NCBI GenBank assembly: GCA_021790815.1
Contig: JAJYFT010000004.1
Coordinates: forward strand, 7,524-71,523
Direction: 5' to 3'
DNA: 64,000 nt
Source of the DNA: Actinomycetes bacterium
Lineage (GTDB): Bacteria > Actinomycetota > Acidimicrobiia > Acidimicrobiales > JABEUL01
Numbering within the stretch: position 1 is the first letter of the stretch; the number at the start of each line of letters is the position of its first letter. Positions 37,824 through 48,320 of the stretch are shown piece by piece. The position numbers and the translations under genes are program-made. The notes below the pieces were generated by a model. That model was not told where the DNA came from and ran no database searches. It was given only the letters and a program-made list of their open reading frames with translations.

Positions 37824-39389
37824 TCACTTTCCAAAACAACTTAACTGTACGTGATTCAAGAGAAGAGAAGCGCCATAAGGTGACATCGGGTATCTCTTGC
37901 CTCCATTGCACGGTTCATAAGTACCAGGTTTCCCATCCTGAGGACTAATAGCTTTTGTATTCCACCATAAAATATTAAAATCAGCGATCGGGCTAAAGAT
38001 ATTCTGTCCAAAATGCCAAGCACCGTAGTTGCCATTTGGGAGAGAGTTAGGCAAGCGAAAATACCCTTGTTCAAAACTTTCAGGTGTTAAGTCAGGACCA
38101 GCCGCTTGCAGGGCATCAAAAAACAAAAGAAGAGGAACATATATTAGCGCGAACTGTGGGCTCATAACGCCCGTCTTATCTGCAATCTGATAAGCCTTAA
38201 AAGCCTCTTGATTGGTTTTGTTAGGCAAAAGTAGTCCGCTTGACAAAGAATGTGCCCATTCTGTCTGATTGGTTACCTGAGAAAATATGTCTTCATAATC
38301 TATTGAGAGCCACTCAGGGCTGTAGTTTTGATTGACAGCATCGCCTGATGCCAGTATCGGAAAGATTGGGTCACATCCACAAAGTACCGTCGTTACTCCA
38401 TGAGATTTCATCTGTGCGATTGCACTCAAAGCTTCGGATGACTCTACCGAAAAATCTATTGAATACTCAATTGTCCTGGCCATTTTAATGTTGTACTTCT
38501 TTGCAAGTAGCGTACTCAGTTCATTCCCACAAGATGCATATGTTGGATTTTCCGGAAAAATGAGTCCGAACACTCTTGTCTTTCGTTGAAGCACCGGGTC
38601 GCCAGCAAATATTGCAGGCATATTTGCCATTGCTCTACCTAATCCAATTGCTAGCGTTTTGACAGCCGTATCACAGTTTGGTATTGGTGAATATTCGAAT
38701 GGGGCATACTCCTGAAACCACCATTGAGGTTGTGCTATTGCACCAATAGCCACGATCCCATTATTTGCCAAATACTCATCGTAAGGTTGAGTTGAACTAA
38801 GAAGCGATATATCTGCAAACGCGTTCAGACCTTTAGCAGTAAGTGCGTCGCTTCTTGCTTGTTCAAGTCCTTGTCCTTGTAGCTCATTTAAAAAGTCACC
38901 TTTACCCAAAAAAGGCTTCAGTACTACTTTTCGTCCGTAAAGTTCAAAAGTCTTATTGAAAAGGTTTACGTAAGTCTGCATTGTTGATACAGCTTCTGCA
39001 TTAGTTCCAATTTCAGAAGCACCAAACACATTCTCTAGAAATGAAGCACCTGCACTGTTTGGTTCACGATACGTTAAAGTTATAGTCGATCCTGAAACAC
39101 CAGGTGATGTGGCGCCCCCGTTGTAACCACTCCATTTTGGCTCACAAATTGGTGAATACTTAGACCAACTGACTTGACGAACTCCAGGTGAGCATTCAGT
39201 ATTATTGACCGTCATGCCAGGTTTTCCAGCCATTGAAGTGCCCAGATTAGCTAGATTAACCCGACCTAATGACGTAGAACTAGGTGGAGATGGAAAAATG
39301 TAGATGACTACTGCTAACAAAACTGTCACCACTATGGCTGGCGAATACCAAATAAAGCGCTGTGCAATCTTAGGTCTATTGGTTTCCAA
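37824..39389 (-). CDS. Probable substrate-binding protein (PBP type I-like) of the adjacent ABC transporter
   Basis: N-terminal TM anchor, NGGATSPGVS, FELYGRKV and QAAGPDLTP motifs. Operonic with the transporter. Confidence 0.7.
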   Translation of the reverse strand: METNRPKIAQRFIWYSPAIVVTVLLAVVIYIFPSPPSSTSLGRVNLANLGTSMAGKPGMTVNNTECSPGVRQVSWSKYSPICEPKWSGYNGGATSPGVSGSTITLTYREPNSAGASFLENVFGASEIGTNAEAVSTMQTYVNLFNKTFELYGRKVVLKPFLGKGDFLNELQGQGLEQARSDALTAKGLNAFADISLLSSTQPYDEYLANNGIVAIGAIAQPQWWFQEYAPFEYSPIPNCDTAVKTLAIGLGRAMANMPAIFAGDPVLQRKTRVFGLIFPENPTYASCGNELSTLLAKKYNIKMARTIEYSIDFSVESSEALSAIAQMKSHGVTTVLCGCDPIFPILASGDAVNQNYSPEWLSIDYEDIFSQVTNQTEWAHSLSSGLLLPNKTNQEAFKAYQIADKTGVMSPQFALIYVPLLLFFDALQAAGPDLTPESFEQGYFRLPNSLPNGNYGAWHFGQNIFSPIADFNILWWNTKAISPQDGKPGTYEPCNGGKRYPMSPYGASLLLNHVQLSCFGK

Positions 39390-39996
39390 TTAAGTGCTCC
39401 CAAAAAGACGCAGAAAGTTTTAGTGCGCTCACAATTTCGTTAGATTTTTCTTCCATGCCAATCTCCCTGTAGATTGCCCCTGCCTCTAACACTGCAAACG
39501 TCATTGACAGTATAATTTTAGAAAATGGAAGTGAACTAAATTCTGGATAAAGTTTTGAAAAAACTGCTTCAACATTCTTGTCAAAGTCACTTAAAACTTC
39601 GATAACTACAGTACGGAGACATTCATCAAATAAAGCCTGTGCCACTAATGCATGGGCAGCTCTCAACCCATTTCCTGAAAACAGAGTCCAAAGTATTTCA
39701 ATAGCTTTGTTGAAAGATACTCTTCCATCTCCAAATTCTTCGAATTTTCTTACAAACTCCTCCGTCCTGGACTCGAAAAGATACCTTAAAGAAGCAATGA
39801 CTAATTCTGATTTCGTTGGAAAATGGTGGACCTGAGCCCCTCGAGACACATTCGCTCTTTTAACTATTTCACTTGTTGAGGTGTTCGAGTATCCAAGTTC
39901 TGCAAGGGTGTCAATTGTAGCCTCTAAGATAGCTTTCTTCGTCAGTGCACTACGTTCAGAATTCTTTAACCGTTTAGGAGTTTCGATCCATGCCAC
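39376..39996 (-). CDS. TetR-family regulator
   Basis: ILEATIDTLAELGY...ANVSRGAQVHHFPTK HTH. Confidence 0.92.
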   Translation of the reverse strand: MAWIETPKRLKNSERSALTKKAILEATIDTLAELGYSNTSTSEIVKRANVSRGAQVHHFPTKSELVIASLRYLFESRTEEFVRKFEEFGDGRVSFNKAIEILWTLFSGNGLRAAHALVAQALFDECLRTVVIEVLSDFDKNVEAVFSKLYPEFSSLPFSKIILSMTFAVLEAGAIYREIGMEEKSNEIVSALKLSASFWEHLIGNQ

Positions 39997-40016
39997 ATTG
40001 CAATTTAATCACATTA

Positions 40017-40044
40017 TTTACATACAGTCAAGACTGTATGTAAA
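40017..40044. promoter_or_regulatory. Probable TetR operator
   Basis: Perfect 13-bp inverted repeat TTTACATACAGTC-aa-GACTGTATGTAAA, 20 bp upstream of the TetR start. Confidence 0.8.
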
Positions 40045-40400
40045 TATACTCCCCAAATTTACCCTTCAAACATATGTCAGGAGGTTTTGAAAATATGAAA
40101 TTTATAGCTTTTCTTTCGACAAGTAATTAACACGAATACTATTCAGGCTAAAACAAGGATTTTGGAGTTTTCGTTAAAAAATACTGGACTTTGTTCTAAG
40201 CTTTGTTTAGTCTTTTGCGAGGGAAATTCTAGATAACAAATTCTTCCAACTTAAAGCTTACAAACTGTTTGCATAGAAACATGATTCGGATATTATGCGG
40301 CGTCGCTATGGATTAATTTCAAACATATTTTAAAGTCTATTTAATACACAACAACTTTGCTTGGTATTTACTCAATGCGTCAGTAATATCTCATTTGAAC

Positions 40401-41885
40401 TCAGCTAAAAATATACTGATTATTTTCTAACTTTCTGGCTGCACTTCTAAACTGCCAACTAAATCCAGGCCAAAGTGACGGGTTTCTGCCATTTTCGTCT
40501 AAATACCAGCTATTACAACCACTAAGCCAGACTGTGCCTTCCATCTTTGAATCTACTTTTGATACGAACTTGTCTAGCGACTCATGCTTAGCCTCAATGG
40601 TATCAAAATTACCTTTTTGCATTTCCTTGAGAGCCTCAATCGTGTAGTGGATTTGAGATTCAATCATGTAAACCATAGAATTATGCCCAAGACCAGTGTT
40701 TGGACCCATTAGCAAAAATAGATTTGGGAAATCTGGGACTGTCGTTCCAAGTAGTGCTCTTGGACTCCCTTTCCAAGCGGTTGAAAGGTAGACGCCACTC
40801 TTGCCCCGAATACGAGAGGCTGCTGGCATCTCTGCGACCTTAAACCCTGTGCCAAAAATTATTACATCTGCTTTATGTTCAATGCCATCTTTAGTAACTA
40901 CGCCATTTTTTGTTACCGAACTTATTCCAGAATTGACCAGGGTAACGTTTTCTTTTTGCAGCGTCGGGTAAAACTTATTGGATAATAAAACTCGCTTACA
41001 ACCCATTTTAAAAGTTGGCGTTAGTGCATCCCTAAGGGTCGGATCTTTAACCTGATTTCTTAAGTGACGTGAAGATATCTTTTCGCCAATACCCATTAAC
41101 CATCGCTGAGAGGTAAATGCAAGTGCGAAGGTCTCCCTTGCCCAAAAGATTCCCGCTCTCATTGCCAACTGAAGTGGAGGCAGGATCTCGTATATCTTTC
41201 TCTCAATTTCACTGACACCTCTGTCAGGGTGAGGCATTATCCATGGAGGCGTTCTCATATAAACATCTAATTGAGCTACATCTTTTTGAATCTCAGGCAC
41301 ATACTGAATTGCCGATGCGCCAGTTCCGATGGAGGCAATTATTTTCCCTGACAAATCTAAATCGTGTCTCCACTCCGCAGAGTGAAAAATTGGACCCTCA
41401 AAACTTTCGATCCCGGGTATGTCAGGCGTTAACGGTTCGCTTAGAGCACCGGTCCCGGCCACCAACACTCTTGAAGAGTAAGTGCCTTTATTTGTCTTAA
41501 TTTCCCAGTGATCTTGCTCCCAACTCGCATCTTCGACATTTGTCTCAAATTTTATATGGTCAATTACTTCATACTTTTCTGCACAGTTCCTTAAATAGTT
41601 CTGGATTTCGTTCTGTGGCGAAAAAGTACGAGACCAAGTAGGGTTTGGGGCAAAAGAAAATGAGTACAGATGAGACGGGACATCACATGCACAGCCAGGA
41701 TAGTTATTAACAAACCAAGTACCGCCTACATCAGTATTTCGTTCTAGAACAGTGAAGTCATTGTAGCCTTTCTGTTTTAGCTTTATAGCCATTCCCAGAC
41801 CACTAAATCCAGTCCCAAGAATAGCAATATCATAGTGCGCGACAATTTGATCGAATTTTTTGTTAGCAAGTGAACTATTTGCCAT
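40401..41885 (-). CDS. Baeyer-Villiger / flavin-containing monooxygenase
   Basis: GTGFSG, GGTW..N.YPG..CD, FHSAEW fingerprint and GTGASA. Confidence 0.93.
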   Translation of the reverse strand: MANSSLANKKFDQIVAHYDIAILGTGFSGLGMAIKLKQKGYNDFTVLERNTDVGGTWFVNNYPGCACDVPSHLYSFSFAPNPTWSRTFSPQNEIQNYLRNCAEKYEVIDHIKFETNVEDASWEQDHWEIKTNKGTYSSRVLVAGTGALSEPLTPDIPGIESFEGPIFHSAEWRHDLDLSGKIIASIGTGASAIQYVPEIQKDVAQLDVYMRTPPWIMPHPDRGVSEIERKIYEILPPLQLAMRAGIFWARETFALAFTSQRWLMGIGEKISSRHLRNQVKDPTLRDALTPTFKMGCKRVLLSNKFYPTLQKENVTLVNSGISSVTKNGVVTKDGIEHKADVIIFGTGFKVAEMPAASRIRGKSGVYLSTAWKGSPRALLGTTVPDFPNLFLLMGPNTGLGHNSMVYMIESQIHYTIEALKEMQKGNFDTIEAKHESLDKFVSKVDSKMEGTVWLSGCNSWYLDENGRNPSLWPGFSWQFRSAARKLENNQYIFS

Positions 41886-41931
41886 TTTTACCGTCCTTAT
41901 GTTAAATGAGCCAAAAAGCCAAAGCCTTGAC

Positions 41932-41958
41932 CTACTTATAGTAGGCTACTATAAGTAG
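41932..41958. promoter_or_regulatory. Probable TetR operator between divergent BVMO and TetR genes
   Basis: Perfect 13-bp inverted repeat CTACTTATAGTAG-g-CTACTATAAGTAG. Confidence 0.78.
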
Positions 41959-41961
41959 AAT

Positions 41962-42591
41962 ATGAATGCAAATCAAGTCTTAGTGAAAAATATCAACGAC
42001 GAAATATCCAAAATTCCACACGGCCGTGTTCCGCGCGAACTGCGAATAAAACACATTTTGATATTAGCAGAGGAACTTTTTGGTGAAAAAGGTTATTTAG
42101 GTGCATCAATGGATGAGCTCGCCAAAAGAGCAGGGATATCAAAACCCGTAATTTATGAATTAGTTGGCTCAAAAGATCAGCTATTTAAAGCGTGTTTAGA
42201 AAAGTCTGGTAATGATTTAGCACAGCAAATATCTAAAGCTGTTGCGAATGAAACTGACCCCATAAGAAAGCTTCGCTACGGAGGACTTGCATTCTTTAAA
42301 TTCGTTGAGGAACATCGTCAAGCCTGGTCAGTTCTTATATATGGTAATCCCTCATCATTTGCTAAAGACGTCGATGAAATTAGGCAAAAACAAGCTAACT
42401 TAGTTGCGAATCTTATTGCACAGGTGATTGATGCACTGCCAACACCGAAAGATACTATCTTTGTTGAAGCAGCTGCTCACGCAATAAATGGCGCATTTGA
42501 AGCTCTTGCATTATGGTGGTTCGATCACACAGACATTAGTGCCGAAACTCTTGCCGACTGGTTTGTCTCAATCTGGCTTCCATTTATTTAG
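41962..42591 (+). CDS. TetR-family regulator
   Basis: AEELFGEKGY..ASMDELAKRAGISKPVIY HTH. Confidence 0.92.
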   Translation: MNANQVLVKNINDEISKIPHGRVPRELRIKHILILAEELFGEKGYLGASMDELAKRAGISKPVIYELVGSKDQLFKACLEKSGNDLAQQISKAVANETDPIRKLRYGGLAFFKFVEEHRQAWSVLIYGNPSSFAKDVDEIRQKQANLVANLIAQVIDALPTPKDTIFVEAAAHAINGAFEALALWWFDHTDISAETLADWFVSIWLPFI

Positions 42592-42778
42592 ATTGGCCCA
42601 GCGATGCTAACAAAATTCAGTTTGTGAACAATTCACAGTAAATTTTAATAAAATTCTCAGATAAATAAAGTATGGTAGTTACTAAAGTTACACAAAAACT
42701 ACAATTTTACTTTTATAATCAAAACAGTCCCGAATAAATCAACTTAAATCACAGGACACAAACCATCGGAGAAAACAA

Positions 42779-43522
42779 ATGGATTCAAACGCTTTTGAAG
42801 CAGTTGCAATAATAAACGGCACAAAAGTGTACGGTACAGTTGGTCTTGAATCGTCCGTTACCGCTATATCTAATATCTCCTTATCCGTTGCAAAGGGTAA
42901 GTTCATAGCAATTATGGGTCCTTCAGGATCAGGTAAATCAACTCTTCTGCACTGCATGGCAGGGCTCGATAACTTGACAGAAGGCAAAGTTTCGATTGGA
43001 TCTGTCGATCTATCAAGACTGGGAGACAATGATTTGACAAAATTGAGACGAAGTTACGTAGGTTTCATGTTTCAATCTTTTAATCTTCTACCAACTCTTG
43101 ACGCAAAACAAAACATACTTCTCCCCCTGACACTTTCAAACAGCAAAATCGATACTGACTGGTTCAATCATCTAGTTGATTTACTTCAAATTAAGGATAG
43201 GCTCAACCATAAACCGTTTGAAATGTCAGGAGGCCAGCAGCAGCGTGTTGCAGCTGCTAGAGCACTAATAAGTAAGCCAACAGTAATATTTGCTGATGAA
43301 CCAACTGGGAACCTAGATTCAAAATCCGGTAACTCTCTTTTAGAAATTCTAAGAAATAGTGTCCACGAACTTGGACAAACTATAGTCATGGTGACACATG
43401 ATGCAAACGCTGCATCATATGCAGATGAAGTTGTACTTCTTAAAGATGGACAAATCGTAAATATCGTGTACTCTCCTACTCAGAAATCAGTAATCGATGC
43501 TTTGGAACTACTTGGATCATAG
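42779..43522 (+). CDS. ABC ATP-binding subunit (LolD/MacB-like)
   Basis: GPSGSGKS, MSGGQQQRVA, ADEPTGNLD and VTHD motifs. Confidence 0.94.
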   Translation: MDSNAFEAVAIINGTKVYGTVGLESSVTAISNISLSVAKGKFIAIMGPSGSGKSTLLHCMAGLDNLTEGKVSIGSVDLSRLGDNDLTKLRRSYVGFMFQSFNLLPTLDAKQNILLPLTLSNSKIDTDWFNHLVDLLQIKDRLNHKPFEMSGGQQQRVAAARALISKPTVIFADEPTGNLDSKSGNSLLEILRNSVHELGQTIVMVTHDANAASYADEVVLLKDGQIVNIVYSPTQKSVIDALELLGS

Positions 43523-46078
43523 ATGTTTAAAACCGTATTAAGTGGGCTCAAATCTCACTCGCGTAGGCTTATTGCCTCTTCTCTAGCCGTAGCACTTGGA
43601 GTTTCATTTGTAATAGGAACTCTCGTCTTTACCAATACTTTAAAACTGGCCATGATCCAATCATTTGCCCAGGGAGACCAGAATATTTCAGTAGCAGTAC
43701 TTCCGCGAGTTAAAACTTCTGCTTTTAGCGACAGGAGTTCAGGCAAGAGACCGGAACTGCCTCTTTCAATGTTAAACGAAATTAAATCGGTTCCTGGAGT
43801 TGAAGCTATATCCGGACAGTTAATTGGTCCTGCTGTAATTTTAGATAGCAGTGGCCATGCTTTTAGCGGAAGAGGATCTCAGTTTGGTGTAGCGATGCCA
43901 AGCGATAGCAGATTCAAATGGATTGAAGTCACCTCGGGACATGCACCTATCAACGGTCAACAGGTAGCGGTTGATTCCAATACTCTAGCTACGTTAAATC
44001 TAACAATAGGTGATACCATCAAAATAGTAGGCATATCTGGCCTTGCAGAAACTTATACGATTGTTGGAGAAATTAACGTAGGGCTTGCAAAAGGATTCCA
44101 ATCTAGTAGTGTTGCAGCTTTTGTACTTCCAACTGCAGAAATAGTTACCGGTGCAACTGGTTACAGAGAAATAGATGTCATTGCTAAACCTGGAATTTCA
44201 CAGACCCAGCTTGCTACAAATATCGCAAATGCCATAGGGCCAAGTGCCGTAGTTGAAACTGGAGCACAGAAAACATTAAATGATGAAAACTCCGTCATCC
44301 AAAGAGCTTCTGCTTTCGAGAACGCGCTTTTGTCTTTTGCCGTCATATCGATAATCGTTGCCGCACTTGTCATTGCAAACACTTTTAGAGTTCTAGTTAC
44401 TCAGCGCTCAAGAGAACTCGCACTTTTAAGGTTGATAGGAGCATCAAAAAAACAGGTATTCTTCTCAATAATTTTAGAATCAGGAGTTGTTGGATTTATC
44501 GCTTCCATTGTTGGAATTTTTATCGGACTTTTAATAGCCTTTATACTCCACACACTGTTCAAATCAATTGGGGCTGGACTCCCTTCAACATCACTTCAAC
44601 TCAGCCTTTCAACAATCATCTATGGGATTTTGGTAGGAACTGTTACAACAGTTGTGGCCTCATTACTTCCAGCTAGAACAGCAACCAAAGTTTCTCCGAT
44701 CGCTGCATTTGGTTCCTACAGTGACACAAATGTAGGCAAAGGTTTCACTAAAAAAAGGATAGCGTGGGCAATTGGATCACTATTATTAGGTGGATTTCTA
44801 ATTCTTGCTAACCTTGGAGCGAACGCATCCTTGCCAATGATTGCCATTGGGGGCGGCCTCATTCTTGTAAGTTACATGATCTTTGGTCCACTTTTTGTTA
44901 AACCACTAGCAACCTTTTTAAGCTTTCCATTTAAATCTTTCAGTGTGACAACTAATTTAGGAAAACTTAACACCATTAGAAATCCTTCACGCGCCGCTTC
45001 AACTTCAGCTGCCTTGACCATAGGATTAACTCTTGTAACGCTTTTTAGCGTTGTTGCCTCATCTTTAACTGCTTCAATTAGCAGTACAATTTTGAAGAAC
45101 TTTCCATATGACTTCATAGTGACATCTGCTGGTGCAAACACAGTTCCACCAACCGTTGTGACTTCAATTACAAAAACCAATTCATTCCAATCGATCTATG
45201 AACTCAGAACTGCAAACATGGAAATTAATGGAATATCAGTTAACGCGGCCGGATTAACTCCAAATCTATTGATTAGTTCAAATCCAACAGTTTCCAGTGG
45301 CAGTATTACAAATTTCACAAATGGAAACTCTGTTGTTCTCTCAGACTCATTTGCAAAAAAACATAAATTTACTATAGGTTCAGTTGTAACCATTTCTGTG
45401 CCACCTACAACGATTACATCAAAAACTCCATCCTTTCCTTGCACCGTTATTGCAACAGTATCTGGAGTTAACTTCTTTAACAGCGTTAACCTTCCAGTTT
45501 CAGTTTTCACGAAGTATGACCCTTCGATTGGAGATGACGCCATATTTTTGAAAGCCTCAAAAATAGTTCCTCTTTCAACAGCCGCTTCTAGATTACAGTC
45601 AACAATTGATTCTTACCCACTCTTAAGAGCACAAAATGTTGGTTACTACGTAAATAAGTTAACTTCAAACGTAAATAAAGCTTTAGCACTCTTCACGGCC
45701 TTACTCGCTTTAGCGCTACTTATTTCATTCATAGGAATAGCAAACACCTTGTCGCTTTCAATATTCGAAAGAACAAAAGAGATTGGTCTTCTTCGTGCAC
45801 TTGGTTTAACAAGAACACAAATTTCACGGATGTTAAAATTTGAGGGAATTCTGTTAGCGACAATTGGAGCACTGTCTGGAATAACAATTGGAATTCTCGC
45901 TTCTTATGGAATAGTACTAGTCCTACACGCTCAAGGTGTCACTGTATTTTCCGTCCCGATTTCACTTCTAGTAATCTACTTTGTCGTTGCTGGGCTTGCT
46001 GGAATGTTTGCATCAACAATTCCAGCACGCCGTGCTGCAAAAACCTCCCCGGTTGTTGCTATCTCCTACGAGGGGTAA
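43523..46078 (+). CDS. FtsX/MacB-like ABC permease (duplicated)
   Basis: QRSRELALLRLIGA and ERTKEIGLLRALG motifs, with two extracytoplasmic domains. Confidence 0.92.
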   Translation: MFKTVLSGLKSHSRRLIASSLAVALGVSFVIGTLVFTNTLKLAMIQSFAQGDQNISVAVLPRVKTSAFSDRSSGKRPELPLSMLNEIKSVPGVEAISGQLIGPAVILDSSGHAFSGRGSQFGVAMPSDSRFKWIEVTSGHAPINGQQVAVDSNTLATLNLTIGDTIKIVGISGLAETYTIVGEINVGLAKGFQSSSVAAFVLPTAEIVTGATGYREIDVIAKPGISQTQLATNIANAIGPSAVVETGAQKTLNDENSVIQRASAFENALLSFAVISIIVAALVIANTFRVLVTQRSRELALLRLIGASKKQVFFSIILESGVVGFIASIVGIFIGLLIAFILHTLFKSIGAGLPSTSLQLSLSTIIYGILVGTVTTVVASLLPARTATKVSPIAAFGSYSDTNVGKGFTKKRIAWAIGSLLLGGFLILANLGANASLPMIAIGGGLILVSYMIFGPLFVKPLATFLSFPFKSFSVTTNLGKLNTIRNPSRAASTSAALTIGLTLVTLFSVVASSLTASISSTILKNFPYDFIVTSAGANTVPPTVVTSITKTNSFQSIYELRTANMEINGISVNAAGLTPNLLISSNPTVSSGSITNFTNGNSVVLSDSFAKKHKFTIGSVVTISVPPTTITSKTPSFPCTVIATVSGVNFFNSVNLPVSVFTKYDPSIGDDAIFLKASKIVPLSTAASRLQSTIDSYPLLRAQNVGYYVNKLTSNVNKALALFTALLALALLISFIGIANTLSLSIFERTKEIGLLRALGLTRTQISRMLKFEGILLATIGALSGITIGILASYGIVLVLHAQGVTVFSVPISLLVIYFVVAGLAGMFASTIPARRAAKTSPVVAISYEG

Positions 46079-46087
46079 AGTTTACTT

Positions 46088-46645
46088 ATGGGCAGAACCT
46101 ACGAAATAATAGATGGACATTTAAAGTCCTTTATTGAGTCACAACCTGTATTTTTTATTGCAACGGCACCCATTGCACAAGATGGGCACATCAACATATC
46201 GCCTAAAGGCAACAGAGATGAACTCAAAGTTCTAGATAGAAACCGTATTGCCTATGCTGACCAAACAGGAAGTGGAATTGAAACAACTGCTCACATATAT
46301 GAAAATGGACGCATCGTTCTGATGGTCTGCTCTTTCACTGGCAAACCTAGAATAGTAAGATTACATGGTAAAGCTATCTGCCATGAAAGAGGCTCCAGTG
46401 AATACAGTGATGTGTCGAAGTTCTTCATAGAAAAAGACGGGTTTTCCGTAAGAAGTTTTATTGAGATTATTGTAGATAGAATCTCAGACTCTTGTGGCTA
46501 CGGCGTTCCGCTGATGGATTTCGTTGGCCATAGGCCCCACATGGATGACTGGAGCGAACGAAAAGGCGAGATAGGCATTAGAGACTACATACAAGAAAAA
46601 AATAGGCAGAGTATCGACGGTCTTAAAGGTTTAACTGCCCAATAA
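46088..46645 (+). CDS. Pyridoxamine 5'-phosphate oxidase-family protein
   Basis: FFIATAP..GHINISPKG, TGSGIET.AH..ENGR and SCGYGVP motifs. Confidence 0.85.
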   Translation: MGRTYEIIDGHLKSFIESQPVFFIATAPIAQDGHINISPKGNRDELKVLDRNRIAYADQTGSGIETTAHIYENGRIVLMVCSFTGKPRIVRLHGKAICHERGSSEYSDVSKFFIEKDGFSVRSFIEIIVDRISDSCGYGVPLMDFVGHRPHMDDWSERKGEIGIRDYIQEKNRQSIDGLKGLTAQ

Positions 46646-47163
46646 CTTAAGAACTCAGATCGCCCATATCGGTTGCTATGAAACGACGGTTACCGCTGCA
46701 GTTAGAGAATGAGTTCAAAACTACTAATTACATAAACTAGGATAATCATAAACCCAAGCAAGTAGCTGAATAAATGGAGATCAATCGCAAGTAAATTCGA
46801 ACCCTACGACATGAAGACCTTAGAAAGGAAACACTACTTGACTTTAACTCTTTACATCTAAGATTTAATAGGACGTTAAAGCATAGATATGGATGACCGT
46901 AGGGATCTGAGACCTTAACTCTTCCATGAGGAGAACATTGTCGTGTCAAATTAGGTTCTCTCCAAATAACTCCTATTTCTTGGCTGTAGCAAACTTAGAG
47001 AAATGTGTACAAACAGAGCACAAACTTTTAAACACTAAAACCCTTGTTCTATAAAGATAAAACCCCTGATAATTTTTGTGTTCGTACCCACATTCATTCA
47101 AGAAGAGCTATAACTATTAATCAGCAATCTCTGACAACAGAAAATATGTCTGAATCTATGTTT

Positions 47164-47601
47164 CTAACTTTTATGTTTTCTCATAACTAGCACTGGACAC
47201 TGGGCATGATGAATTGCGTATGTGCTAACAGAACCAAGCAAGAGACCAGTAAAACCACCATGTCCCCTACTTCCAAGCACTAAAAGATCAGCATCTTTAG
47301 ATAATCTGCACAGTGCTGGCGCAGGAGCCTCTTCAACCAACTCGCCCTTAACTTCAATGTCTGGAAATTTCGAAGCAACATGGTCCATCGACTCCTGCAA
47401 AATAGTTTTTGCAGCTTGCTCAAAAGCATCATACGGTTTGCCATCAGGTGGTGCCATCATTGAAAGCCCAAGCGAGGTAGGTATTTGCCAGGTGGCAACT
47501 ATAGTTAAAGGAACTTTCCTGTAACTAGCTTGTACTGCAGCTTCATCTAAAGCTACTTTCGAACCATCGGAACCGTCTACTCCAACTACTACACCAATCA
47601 T
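47164..47601 (-). CDS. Universal stress protein
   Basis: VVGVDGS and LVLGSRGHGGF.GLLLGSVS...CPVLV motifs. Confidence 0.94.
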   Translation of the reverse strand: MIGVVVGVDGSDGSKVALDEAAVQASYRKVPLTIVATWQIPTSLGLSMMAPPDGKPYDAFEQAAKTILQESMDHVASKFPDIEVKGELVEEAPAPALCRLSKDADLLVLGSRGHGGFTGLLLGSVSTYAIHHAQCPVLVMRKHKS

Positions 47602-47628
47602 CTTTATATCCTTTCGTGGGTAATTGTG

Positions 47629-48090
47629 TTAATTGCTAAATAACTCTTCCATACGTGTCAGAGTCTGCTCCAGAGCAGCACTCACCCGCTTTGTTACCAC
47701 ATCGTTCTTTACAGCTTTTTTATTGTGCTCTTGAGAAATATCCCACGTCTCCCTCACTAAAGTCCCTCCATCTTTAGGATTAAGTTCATATCTCCAGATT
47801 CTCCCACCGATAAACTTGCCTAAAAACCCAGGAGCTCTTGGTTGCCACGCAATTCTTTTACCTTCTTCGAATTCTATAACTTTACTGTTCATAAAGTACG
47901 GAATCCCAAGTCGCATAGACATTCTAAATTCATCACCTAGCTTGACTCTTTCAGGTGATGACGCACTTGGCTTCTTTACAGTCCCTGAACCATCAATCTC
48001 GTGATGCCGACTCGGCCTAGCCAATATTTCAAATATAGGACCAGGTTCAGACCGAATCAATCTTTCAGCTGAAATGTTGTCACCTTCCAT
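47629..48090 (-). CDS. SRPBCC/polyketide cyclase-like protein
   Basis: IFEILARPSRH.EIDGSG, VIEFEEGKRIAW and WRYEL.P.DGGTLVRETWD motifs. Confidence 0.85.
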   Translation of the reverse strand: MEGDNISAERLIRSEPGPIFEILARPSRHHEIDGSGTVKKPSASSPERVKLGDEFRMSMRLGIPYFMNSKVIEFEEGKRIAWQPRAPGFLGKFIGGRIWRYELNPKDGGTLVRETWDISQEHNKKAVKNDVVTKRVSAALEQTLTRMEELFSN

Positions 48091-48320
48091 GTCATACTCC
48101 TTTCATTATTGAGTCTACTACTAAGCACACTCAATCAAATCTTAAAATAGCTAGCGGCTTACACAGAGATATAAACATACAAAACTACTGAACCCAAACA
48201 ATAGCGTTCTTTCTAAGTGTTACCTGAAGGAATCGCATTTAAGCGCTCCCCTTGTAAGTTCCATCAATAGGTTTTACTATAAAATTTAACTCTACTTAAA
48301 TTTGGTGTCATACTCTAAGT

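Noticed and set aside
42623-42637. TGTGAACAATTCACA as a CRP/Rex site
   Set aside because: The spacing is one base short of TGTGA-N6-TCACA, so it is unsupported without comparative data.
48282-48303. AAATTTAA-N6-TTAAATTT palindrome upstream of SRAP
   Set aside because: Pure A/T arms are likely by chance in this genome.
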